From the human T2T-CHM13v2.0 reference genome, Homo sapiens, in assembly GCF_009914755.1 (NCBI RefSeq), contig NC_060927.1: a DNA stretch of 64,000 nt, one strand, 5' to 3'. Numbering within the stretch: the stretch's first letter is position 1; each line of letters begins with the position of its first letter. A program made the position numbers and the translations under genes. Below the pieces are notes generated by a model. It saw nothing but the letters and a program-made list of their open reading frames with translations. It did not search any database and had not been told where the DNA came from. Below are positions 28,531-40,629 of this stretch, one piece after another.

Positions 28531-31500
28531 GTGTGGTTACCCAAATCTTCATTGAGACATAAACAAGTCTGTCAAAGGGAAAGAGAGAAATCTAGCTTTA
28601 TTTTCATTTAATTATCATTAGTAGCGTGAGAAGAGACTAATACGGTTCCATAACACTGATTGGGAAAATTATCTTTGCTAAGAAATGGGTGAAGAAACAG
28701 ATTACCATTTGAAAGTGCTGGATTTATGTTTTGTGTTATTAACACAACTATTATTATAATATTTACACGAAATAATTTTTATTAGAACAAGACCAGTAAA
28801 CTCAAGAAAAGAATGGAGAATATTGCTTTAATGTAAGTTCTCTGAACAACTTCTATTCAGGAGGAAAAAAAACAACTATAAAAACCCTTGTAACCTAATT
28901 CTAAAAGAAGAAGAGAGAAATGGTACTGCGGTGTCAATTTTTAAAGCATGCCACCTATGGAGGACAAGGTACAGGCAAGGCACCATAAAGACATAGGCTA
29001 CGTTTTCCTCGGTCTTTATTCACTTCACTCTGGTTCTTACCCAAATAATGAGCTCAAGAGGGTTCTTGGCATTTCACAGCGAGCTCCCAGCTGAATTTTC
29101 CCACTCCGATTCTCTAGTTAGTTGCAGACAATGCACAGCTGCCTCCTCTGCGGATGCATCCAGACAAATGACTGGGCCCCCATAGAATACGTGGCCCCAT
29201 ATTGTGGGATGAAACAACTGACAGTGACAGGATGCTTTGTCTTTACATGGCCCCCAAAAGCAGAGGAAAATGGCAAGGGTATAGCAGCCACTTGCAATGG
29301 AGGGGAATTTACACTATTCCTACTGGGCTGCTGCCCTACTTTAGCTCCTCGGGAAGATCCAGCAGGAAGAAAAGCCAAGGTTCAGCGGTTTGCACAGGCA
29401 CAGTTAATGCACCTGTATCCTCCCTGCAGATGTAAAGTCAGATTTTAAACCCACAAAGGACATCTCAAATCGGAAAGTAATACATTCCATTAAGTACTTC
29501 TCAGCTTTTCTGTACCCTTTCAACCACCCACTCCAGTCCTGCCCACCACATTTATTCATAAAGAAACGAGCCGCAGAAATAGAAAGACGTGCACGTAAAT
29601 AACATTATTTGTAGAATGAAACAGATGTGTAAATCTCTGCTGGTATGTATTCTGATGAAGAAGATTACATTAATCCCAATTATTCACCTACATATCGAAG
29701 AGGAGAGCTTTAAAGATGTGAACAAGCACAGATTCCCTGTGGTTAAAAAAAAAAAAAAAAAAGGCCTCTGGATTTGCTATATCAAGGGCAGTGCTACTCC
29801 ACAATTTAAGTCCCCACAAATGCCATTCAAAGCCACAGTACTTGTACTGGAGATAGATGAGCACAAGACACTTTGACGGCGGGGGAGGCATTGTTTAACC
29901 TTTGTTCTTCACATCCCTCAGGAGAGTAGACAACACCTCTATTTTCAGTGTTTCTTCAGAATGATTTCCCGCCTGGAGGATTGACAGGTACTCTGATTAT
30001 CTGCCTAAGGAAAATGAAGGGATAAACAGCTGAGAGATGAAGATTGACTTGAAAGGACTACATCAAAGAGTGTGTGTTACACTTGGATAAAGAAGAGTAT
30101 AAAAAGGGGACAGGCAGAAAAATGTCAGATTAGCACCTAAATATATTTTGAAGAGAAACATAGCATTTTGCCAAAATGATCTTTACTTGAATAGTAACAA
30201 TTCCAGATTGTCACTGTCACAAGCCTAGAGATTTATTTGAGGAAGATAAATGCCCTTTTCTTTTTACCATCTAGAACAGGGTTCTGTAATGGAGGTCTTG
30301 AGCCATCTCATTCAGTGATCTAGGGGAGAAGCCAGGGATCTTTATTTGAAAGTTTTCTCCTTATGAGTGAATCTGATAGAAGCCAGGGTGACGAATACCT
30401 TTATTATTGTTTACTTTTGGTAAATAATAAGGTGTTCACTGTTGGTACATCATCCCAAACCCAGACTCTCTGTGTGTTTAAGGAATCAGGACCGACTTTC
30501 CCCAATCCCATTGTTTAAAATGCCCTTCTCATACTGCTAATCAATTTAAACCAGAGAGGTTGAAAGATGTCTGCTTGAATACTGCATTTGAATCCCTCCT
30601 GCACTAAATCGTCTTGCCCCACATTATCCATCTTCTCACGCTTAACTCAACTTTAGATGATTTTTGGTGGAGATAACATGTAGCCGAATATCATCCCCTA
30701 ATAATGGTATTTATTCTAGGTGGATACTCAACTGAGTAGGGGCAGACCTAGAGACAAAGGAGATGGTGTTAGAAACAAAAGACTATTTCCCTCCCAATCT
30801 TCTAATTCCAGCAGGTACTTTTTAATAGCATAAGACTGACTTGTTTTTTCCTTGAAGAGAATAGTGTTAAGGGTGTTTTCTAATGCAATTTTAGCATTTT
30901 TGAAAGGAAAACAGGAAGAGAGCTGAAGAAAGGAATATGATGGCCATAGCAACCAAAAAAAAAAAAAAAAAGAGCAGCAAAAGCAGGTGATTGATGGCTA
31001 TATAAAATCACTGTTTATCTGTTCTGTTTTAATCTCATCGAGTTCAATGATCTGGTGGGCTGCAGGAGAATTTTCTGTCAAAAGTGGTTGTAGAAGTGAG
31101 TGATGAAGCCTTTTGAAACATCCCTGTATTATCTCCCTGTCACTGAATTAGAAAGCAGAGCCATGGGCAAAGGCTATTTTTATGACCTTTCAGCAGTGCG
31201 ATGTCTGTGTTGCCCACTATGTCAAGGCCCAAGCACGGCAGGGAAATTCATTTGTGGTCTGGACAAATGTGGTCATTAGGCCTTTATCTCTTGATCCTTG
31301 GCCATGACTTGCACTGCTTTAATCCCCATACTTATATTGCCTCTGAGGCAGGGCATCATTCTTGTCATTAAGAGTGTGTATAATTTTGTGTGTGTTTGTC
31401 TCTGTATGCATTCTCCTAACTCACACTCCACCTTTTTATTTCGTTTGTTTTTAAAAAACTGAAACACTGAGTCCTTGATGACAGGATATGAAAAAATGCT

Positions 31501-33466
31501 GTGGATAGCCTTTGCTTCAGAATCTGTGACACAGCTGTGTTTCTATCTATCCTAGTACTATGGTCATGTCCCTTCCTTTGTGGGGCAAGAAAAGGCAGAT
31601 CAGCTTGTGGCTGTGAAGAAAGCACAGCTCTGGATGGAACAGGAGTTCCCATCCACTAGATCTCCAACCTTAAGGAATGCATTCATCCTTTCCCTGGCCC
31701 TGTGAACCCTAACAGTCTGCTGAGTTCATTTATGTAGTTTTCCTTTGCAATTCTCTGCTCTCCCCATGTCTTCTACAGGGAACAGGATACTCTTGTCATT
31801 TTTGCTATGAGGATAATTTAGAATATCTGGGTAACACAAGGGATGAGCATCAAATTTCCAAACAACTTGCTGTCAGATTCCGTGGTTTGTTTTTTTTCAG
31901 CTATGCCAAAAAGAAAATGTCAGAAGGAAAGGAGTTTTAAAGGTCTAAATGGTTATCGTTGTCTTTTGTGTCTGAGACAATGCAGATAGACCCAATCACT
32001 CTCTGCTGTGTTTGTGTGTCCAAGGAGACTGACGGGCACATTCCACCCAGAGCAGATCCCAGTGTAAGGCAGCTATTATGCATGGAGTCTGATCATGTCT
32101 GTGTTCTCCTTGTGTATGCAAATACAATTTGCCAGCTCCTTTTGCTCAGAAAAAGGCTCTCTCTCCCCTACTCCCTTTGATTCTTCCTCACAGGGTTGTT
32201 CTACCCAATGTTATTGATGTTGTGCCTCAAGGGTCCTTAATGCACATCTTCTACCCTCCCACCTGCCCCTGCTCCACTCACCTCACCTGACTCCTGGCCA
32301 GGTCCCATTAGTCACTCTTGCCAAATCCAGCCCTGCTGGGTTGCGGGAAACATTGTGCTCAGCCTGGCTGTAATCCGGAAAAGTTAAGAGGGATTTCCTG
32401 GGGAAAGGGTGAGGGGGACAACACCTTGTTGATCTCCTCTGCATTCTGTATCACCTTACAGATGATGGCTTGATGACATGGAGAAAGTAAATAATATTGA
32501 CTTCAACATACCCTTTTAAGGCCATCATGCTCAAAGCCATGGGAGCCCTTATGACATTTTCAACAGGTAACTAGAAATGATCTAGACATCTGCATCAGGC
32601 TTCCCTCAGAGTATCGAATACTGAGGAATGAGCCCCAGATTTTAATGATGTCACTGTCATGATTGCCCCCTTCCCACACCTCCTGCTCTTACAGAAGGGA
32701 ACATTGGAGAAAGCTAACTGCCGCAGATTTGACTGCTGGCCAGATCCTTGGCAGAGGCATGTGCTGGAAGGAGCCAAGCATTTGTGGCTTTAGAACCAGC
32801 AGAGTGGTTTTGTGGTGCAGCCGTGTGCAGCCCAGGTGTCATGCTGTGGTTCCAATCAGAGGATATGCACACACCATCAGCAAGACCTCTGCAGCGTGCT
32901 GCCAGTTCCCAAGCACATTGCTCTCTGGAGTGTGGCCAAGGTCCACTGCGACAGGTCAGGTTGTGCTGGAGTTACTGTAATATCCAAGCCATAACTGATG
33001 TGTTAGAAGCACCTTCTATGTATAATGGTAGAAAATCACCTAAATGTCCTTAAGAAAACCAGGCAGCCTGCTGTGTGGGCTGTGCTCCACAAGCGAACAC
33101 AGAATTGTCAGCAAATTCTTTCCTGAGATGTCCCCTTTGAAAATTTATGCTGCACATTAGGTCCTCCCTTGTTTGTAATGCTGACTATGGATGCAGGCAC
33201 TTGATTTCTCCTCATTTTGCAGATGAGTTGGTTTGAAGACTGGAATTAAAACATGAGTGGCTTATCAGATAGCAGTAATGAATGTGGCAGGAAGCCTGGA
33301 ATCTGGACCTCATTTTCTTTCTCTGTCCCTTTCTTTCTCTTCTATTTTGCTTTTCAAATGGTTGTTGTTTGTATGGTTCACCTTGATTAAATTGGTTCCT
33401 AAAATATTTTTGGTATAAGCATGTAAATTCAGTTTGGTAAGAAACATAAATTTTAGCTATGTCAGT

Positions 33467-33673
33467 GCTAATAGAACTTTCTGCTATGATGCAAACATTC
33501 TGCATCTGTGCTGTCCAGTTCAGTAGCCACTAGCTACATGGGGCTATTGAGCATTTGAAATTTGGCTAATATAACTGAGGAAGTGAATTTTTAATCTTAT
33601 TTACTTTTAATTAAACTAAATTTAATTTTAAATAGCAACTTGTGACAACTGGCCACCATATTGAATGGTGCAG
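33467..33673. mobile_element. MER3 (hAT-Charlie MITE)
   Basis: AATAGAACTTTCTGCTATGATG...GTAGCCACTAGCTACATGGGGCTATTGAGCATTTGAAATTTGGCTA...CATATTGAATGGTGCAG. Confidence 0.88.
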
Positions 33674-33679
33674 ATTTAT

Positions 33680-33810
33680 AGACCAACCCATTCATTTTAC
33701 AGATGGGAAAGTGAGACCCAGGGAGGCTACTGGAATTTGCCCAAGAGCACACATAATTAGTAGTTGACTCAAGCCATCTAAAAGATTAGTCAGCATCTTC
33801 TGACTCATAA
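33680..33810 (-). mobile_element. MIR/MIR3 fragment
   Basis: CCCATTCATTTTACAGATGGGAAAGTGAGACCCAGGGAGG...TTTGCCCAAG. Confidence 0.75.
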
Positions 33811-34841
33811 AATAGTAAGTTCTGATATCTCAGCATAAAGTTTTAAGACTCTTTGCACCTTCAAAACGAAATGAAACAGGTGAAAACAAAAATGCTGCTA
33901 CATTTTGTGCCAGGTTAACTTTTTGCATAATATTCTGTGAAAAAACAGGGCCCAAGAAGAAAATAGCACTGGCGAACGCTGCCTGTTATTCCACATAAAG
34001 CCCTAGAGTGGCGCTGTTGTATAACTTCTGATGCCTGCAAAAGCCAAATCAAAAAACCCAAACCAATGAAAAGCCACCTTGTTCTTCCTATTCCTGCTCT
34101 GTCCACCTCCAGCAGTTTATTCTTTTATGTTCAGATCTTTGAATATTTTACTTCCTAAAAGAAAGAGAAATAAAAATCTTTCTGTAGGTCTACAAAAATA
34201 GATTTCCTTATATAGGAGGGAGAAATCCTGAAGTTTGGTTCTTGTTTTATAAGGTATTGAAGATACTATGGAGGTTAACTCCTTGAGGACGTTTAAACGT
34301 ATCTTTTTGAGTTTTTCAATAGATAAGATTAAGGTGGCATAGAGACATAACTCATCAATACTCTGACTTCCTGCTCTCTGAGGACACATTCTTCAATGAC
34401 ATCTCAGATCACTTAAATTATGCGTCTTGGTCAGAATGTCCTTTCTGGGAAAGGTTGGGGCAACACGATTTGTAGACTGCGGTAGGATAAGCACATTTGA
34501 CAGGTAATGTGTGGTTTCAATCTAAGGCTTCTACACACCTCACTAAAAGGCACGTTAAGAATTTTTTTTGTGTGTGTAAGCAACCTAGCGCTTTAGCATC
34601 TTGGGTCCCCCGATTCAGAGCCTCCCATCCTATTAGTGTTGTTCTGTCTCCTGGAGAGAACACTTCATGTAGACATTCAGTGATGCCACGTGCCTTGTAA
34701 TTCCCTTAAAAGTTAATGAATGTGTTAGAATTAATTTTAATAAACGTTGATTAATTGCAGTTTGATTTGCGTTTTGAAGAACAAAGGCATCGCAAATACA
34801 AATCAGTGTTTGGCAGATTTTTCTTAGTTGCTTTGAAGGTT

Positions 34842-34860
34842 TTCACAGCAGATGGCAGTG
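34842..34860 (+). promoter_or_regulatory. candidate CTCF binding site
   Basis: TTCACAGCAGATGGCAGTG fits the CTCF core CCASYAGRKGGCRSY except at the first C. Confidence 0.5.
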
Positions 34861-36204
34861 TTGCTCTGCAGATGCTACTGAGCCAGCCCGGTGGAGGCAG
34901 CGAAAATTCCTATACATGCTCTCCAGGCAGCGCTACAAGATCCGCACCCCCAAAATTAGGGCCTGGACACAGACCAAATGAAGAGTCCAAGCAGAATTCG
35001 AAAGAATCACTGAGACTGCTGTGAATTCAAAATATGGGGATTATTTGAACCTTCTTCTGTAATTTAATTCAATGAAGTCAAATTGAGTTCCTGACAAGTT
35101 CAGAACCACATACATGAATAAAATGGTCAAAAATTTCAAACAATGGTTGATTGTGTGTGTGAGTCAGGGAGAGGCCGAGAAAAGGATAGAAAAGATGTGT
35201 CGATGATACTATAGTATGCAGCATATAGATATATGCATATCTCATCAATTTACACTATCTATGTTACATATAGATACCATAGCAGGTCAATGATTACTGC
35301 TACAAAGATAAAAATCTCTTGTTACAGGTGCACAGAGAGGGAGTAAAACTGAATACTTTCCTTGTCTACAGAATGAAGATAGGATTAGTAATATTCCAAG
35401 GTCACTTCCGGCTCTGACATTCTGGACGTTTGTGAATATTTTCCTACATTGTGGTACTTCCACACCTTCAGAGTTGACGAAACAGACCATTGTCCTTCAA
35501 ATCACACTAGCATGAGGGAAGCCATGGAGCTGGATTACTCTCAATGTCATATCTTTTTTGGCCTTTGGATGTTATTTAGCAAGATGTGTCCAAATTGCAT
35601 GTGATAGTGACCAAAGCAATTAGGGAGATTGATTTGGCATGCACCATTTCATTCTGTGCTCCCTACAGGGAGAGACGGAGGAGCCCATCAGGGTCCAAGA
35701 TAACTAAATTTGATTTTGCCCCAATTAAGACACTAACTTTGCAAGTTGTTTTGATGTTGTTATATTTAACTTAAACTTTATTATTTTAAAAATAAGTGTC
35801 TCAGAAACAAGAATTTCAAAATTATATTAAATGTACTTGTCCTTTCTAAAGGTCTTTCTGTCTCCCTTATGTTAGTTTATGGTTTGAAAAAAAAAAACAC
35901 TAGTAACTTTCCGAATTTATTTTATGTTACTTTCTGAGTCTGTGTATCATTTATTAAGTCACATCAATCTGTTCATTAATTTTAGGTTGCTTCATTATAT
36001 TACTATTGTTTTTATGTCGTTTGAAGGTATTAAAATGTCACAGAATAATAAGAACAAAAAAGCATGGCTGTAACAGCTCTGATATTTTCTGGGTATTGAT
36101 TCCCTAATTGGATTAGAGTCTCTCTTTGACAGAATTCCAAGAAGGTAAAGGGCTAGGCCATGATTCACAACTGGTTGGGTCTGGTCCCAATGACCACCGT
36201 GATG

Positions 36205-36290
36205 CATATTCATTCAACAAACACTTACTAAGGGTCCACAGTGGGCCTGGCTCTGTGTGCTGTCAGTATTGCCCATGCAGCTATAGGGTG
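36205..36290 (-). mobile_element. L2 3'-terminal fragment
   Basis: ATTCATTCAACAAACACTTACTAAGGGTCCACAGTGGGCCTGGCTCTGTG. Confidence 0.6.
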
Positions 36291-36874
36291 AGTAGCAGGA
36301 AAGGCAGCCTGAGTTTTGGAGTCTGTTCCAATCTGCTTTCATGTCTGCCTCGGAGAAGGAAGAGCCACTAGGAATTACTGAGGAGAGCCGAAATGGCAGG
36401 TGGCATGAAACGGGATGCTGAGGCTTTCCTCTCTGTGTGCTTGGAAGCAATGTGTGGCTTCTAGGTGATAGGTCTGGACTTTATGGGTATCTTTTGGGCA
36501 GCCTCAAAGACCCATGAACTCAGAGCTTGAAGGTTGAATCAGTTTTCCAGAGCTATAATGCCAGCAGATAGCTTCTGCAAGGCAGCTGATTGTTTTGTAA
36601 AATTTTGAGAGATGCTGGGAGTGTTGTAGCTCTTTCGCTGAAATGTGCACTATGGATTTTTATGCAACACTATGATTATGAAATGTCTATTACAGAAAAT
36701 ATTAATTGCTTGATTTTGCTTTCTTCCAATTAAGTTCTCTACACTTCTGTGGTGAGAGTTCTTGCAGATAGGACAAGCCAAGTTATCCTATAAGGCTCAA
36801 GTGTCCTGCTGTGCGCTCCTGTAGACCTACATCATAGCTATCTCCTGGAAGTAAGCTGAGTCTTTTGCACTTTG

Positions 36875-36876
<2 letters not shown>

Positions 36877-36922
<46 letters not shown>
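36877..36922. repeat. (AT)23 microsatellite
   Basis: perfect dinucleotide run, counted directly. Confidence 0.98.
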
Positions 36923-36924
<2 letters not shown>

Positions 36925-36925
<1 letters not shown>

Positions 36926-37090
36926 CAAACATCTGCCATGTATTAAGTGCTTGTAGATGCTTTATTTCATTTAATCCTCACAACACTGTAAAGTAGACAC
37001 ACTAGTGACATTTTACTGAGGATGAGAGAAGTTTCATCTCAGAGACAGGATTTAAATTCAATTCTGTGGAATTCTAAAGTGGATTTTCCT
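36925..37090 (-). mobile_element. MIR fragment
   Basis: TTTCATTTAATCCTCACAACACTGTAAAGTAG...CAGGATTTAAATTCA. Confidence 0.7.
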
Positions 37091-40000
37091 ATAGCCTCCA
37101 AATGCAAGTATCCCCGCAGGGACCTTTGGTACATGGGTGGGAGGTAGGCTGATCTGTTCTCCACATCTACTGAAGCATTGGTATTCATTTTATGAATGTA
37201 GCAGCGGAGAGATACCAACCTAGGTAATAAGACTGTTCCTTCACATCTCCATCCACCTTCATTTTATTAACATTTGTAAATCTGCTAATTTTCTGAGACT
37301 AGGGCACAGTATTGCAGACACCAGCATGTTTGAGAAGAAGCAGCAGCCCTGGATGTCTCACTTGTTCAAGATTTGGTTATCTTAGCATTCTTGTGATGCA
37401 TGAACTTCCTTGTTCTTCAACTGTTAAAGAAAGCTGCTGGGCCATTGGCATTTGGTTAATCAGTGAAGACAAAGAGTGATCTTCTGAGTAAGCTCTCCAT
37501 TGTAGAAAAAGTGAGGTAGCTATATAGATAGCATTTGAGCTTGACTACAATATGTCATATATGCAGTCTTAAAGAGGTTTCCAGGGCATTATTTTTTTTT
37601 AATTTAAAAATGAAAGTTTAAAGGTAAATTGCACTTAAAAGAGGAAAAAAAAAAACAATTTTAGACAGAGCCTTGGTAATAGGGAAAATAAGAGTCAACC
37701 CAGGGTTTACTTTATAATTAGAAGTAGCAATTAAATAGAACTGGGCCTTTTAAGAATTATAGTGAACTAAAATGAAACTGTGGCTGAATGGGGTCTGCTT
37801 ACTTCTGCTCTTTATCTGATAACCATGTAAGAACAGAGGAGCAAGAATAGTAAAATTGTATTAACGATGGCTCGCGAATTCATACTTGGCTTCTAATATT
37901 CCATATATCCAGTCATGTTCTTTGATGTACAACAAATCTCATGATTGGCAAATAAAGTGCATTTGTTGAGTATCCTAAAAAGAATTTTTAAGTTACTCCA
38001 CAAAACTTCAGTGATATAAAAAGATCTTAGTTTCTAAAACTCACATTGTAAACCTGTACTTCATTCACTAGAATAATACATTTTTGGGTTCTTGAGTTAT
38101 ATAAAACAGCAACAAGTATCTCTGAGAAGGAAAAAATCATGTGACCAATATCTGCAATGTTAAAAAATATGTAAATATTCCACAGAAAAAATTGTTGCCT
38201 GGTTATATCGCTATCAGGAAAATTACTTCCCACCTGCATGACAGTTGAATTTTGGTGGCCTTTTTTAACCTAATACTTTTGACAATGCCTTTTTCACTCA
38301 ATACCTTTGATAATTTTTATCTGAAATAGGCCCAGAAATTAATATTAAGCTTGGCAAGTAAAATTTATATTGGATCTATTATATAACAGTGAAATCTTGG
38401 ACTGGCTCCTAAGGCTGGCCTGAGCTTCCTCATACTTTGATCTCAAAGTAGATTGCCAAAATGGTACTCTAGATATTCCTATTTTTGTGTTTAAACAAAA
38501 TGGTGGCTAACTTAAAAATGAGGCTCTGTGATGACTAGGAATAGATGCTTTATTGCAGCTTTTGATTGTAATATGTAAAAGATAAAAGAAATCTTAGTTT
38601 TACTTTTCCCTTCTTTTATAAACCACAAATTTATTAGTTCAAGTAAGTCCAAGGCACTTTACAAAGCCCTAGGTGATGATTTTACAATGTATAAAATGCT
38701 TTCATGTACACTATAACTTTTATTTTAATATTCCAGATGTTCATAAAATAATAGTGAACACCAAAGACCCAAAGAAGCGTAAAGCTAATTAAATCATGCT
38801 CTGCTTAATTTTCCATTTTTATTTCTAGTTTTATTTACTTCTTAATTGTTTATTTGCATCATGGCTAATTTTCACATCAGAACGACTGCTAGGTTGCATT
38901 AGGACATGACAGTGGTTTTAGAGTTGACAATTTAAGGATTGATATAAAAATGAATAGGATTTCCTCAAAAAGAGGATTAGGATTTTGCCTGGGGAGAATT
39001 GGTATTTTCTCAGTCTGTGATCACACTGGTGAAGCTTAGAAAGTAATTCTAGGCTCCTGAATATATTTCTAAGGCCCTGGAATATAATTTTGCTCTGCAC
39101 ATGGGAAGAGTTTTGTGGGTCCATGTGGACTGTATAGATGATGCTCTGATGAACACCTTCAAAAAGCTAAAAGAGTAGCTGTGGAAAGTGCCTGGTGGCC
39201 TATTGGGTACAGACAGAGAGCACAAAAATAAGGCCAGAGATATGGTGGTGACATACTTCTTGACATTCTGGAATAATGTTCTTAATTTCTCTGAAGGATT
39301 TGCATTTTTATATGTAAAATTAAGAACAGGAGAAAATATGATGTCAAACTTTTTTTTCCTGAAAATGTGAAGGGAATATGAAAATCATAATAAGATATTT
39401 TATTGCAAAAGATAATAGCCAATGAGGAAAAGATCTCTGATTGCTGGTAGCCCTGATATTTTGGCTTTGCTATGCTAAATATTCAGATAGGGGTATTTAT
39501 TTCTTTATCATAGATAAATTAATGTATTTGTATATGTTGTTTCCTTGAATTTATAAACAAAATATATAAAATGTAACTGTTTTAAAGTATATGTTGGATC
39601 CTGGAGGGATAGCAAATTTATTTACTAACTTTTCAAAGCAGGCAATGTGTCTATGGTCACATTGAAAGATCAGTGTTATTTCCAATGCCATGCCATGCCA
39701 TCTCAAATAGCTATTAACTTACGAGACAAAAAACTGATTTGGTGTATTTTTTCAATGAAGGGGAGAAAAAATGAGTGCCCTAGAATTCCTGTAAACTTTA
39801 CTACCTTGGCATAATGAGAACTCCCCATTGGAGATATGATGATGGTTTGTGCAAGTGGCTAAGAATCACATAGCACTATCGGAATAAACACATTTGAGAT
39901 TGTCTGCTCTAAGCTAACCATAAGAGCAAATTTAGTTTTTTTTTCCATAAGAAATGTTTACTATGTGTTTTTCTTTTCCTAAAATTCACTATATAGTATA

Positions 40001-40271
40001 CAATAAAAAGGATGTCTGCTAACACATGGCTGAATACAAGGAGACAAAGACAAATGACTACAACGTAAGTGTTAATAGACACAAAATTCTGAGTCATAAA
40101 ACACGAGAAAAAATATCCCCCTTGAAACACAACTGTCTTGAAAGAATATCTGTCTCATATAAGCAATCATAATTATTGTCAATAATATCGTTTTATTCTA
40201 GGAGCAGCTCTCTACCTGAATACAGTTTAGGTTTTTTGGGAAGCATTCAGTTATTCTCTAATAAATATCAG

Positions 40272-40629
40272 TGATATGGTTTGACTCTGTGTCCCGATCA
40301 AAATCTCACCTTGAATTGTAATAATTCCCACATGTTGTGGGAGGGATCCAGTAGGAGGTAATTTAATCATGGGGGCGGGTCTTTCCAGTGCTGTTCTCGT
40401 GATAGTGAGTAAGTCTCACGAGATCTGATGGTTTTATAAACGGGATTTCCCCTGCACAAGCTCTCGTGCCTGCTGCTATGTAAGACGTGTCTTTATTTTT
40501 CCTTTGTCTTCTGCCATGATTGCAGGGCCTCCCCAGCCATGTGGAACTGTGAGTCCATTAAACCTGTTTCCATTAGAAATTGCCCAGTCAGGTAGTATCT
40601 TTGCAGCAACGTGAGGATGAACTAATATA
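40272..40629 (+). mobile_element. THE1 (THE1B/C-like) MaLR solo LTR, full length
   Basis: TGATATGGTTTG...AATCTCACCTTGAATTGTAATAAT...CCCCAGCCATGTGGAACTGTGAGTCCATTAAACC...ACTAATATA; perfect 5-bp TSD ATCAG at 40267-40271 and 40630-40634. Confidence 0.96.

Noticed and set aside
29118-29448. Stacked ORFs on both strands (also 32595-33053)
   Set aside because: Explained by locally higher GC; no recognisable domain or exon structure, and several use non-ATG starts.
33998-34016. CTCF-like GCCCTAGAGTGGCGCTG
   Set aside because: An extra base breaks the fixed spacing between the CTAG and GGCGC parts of the motif.
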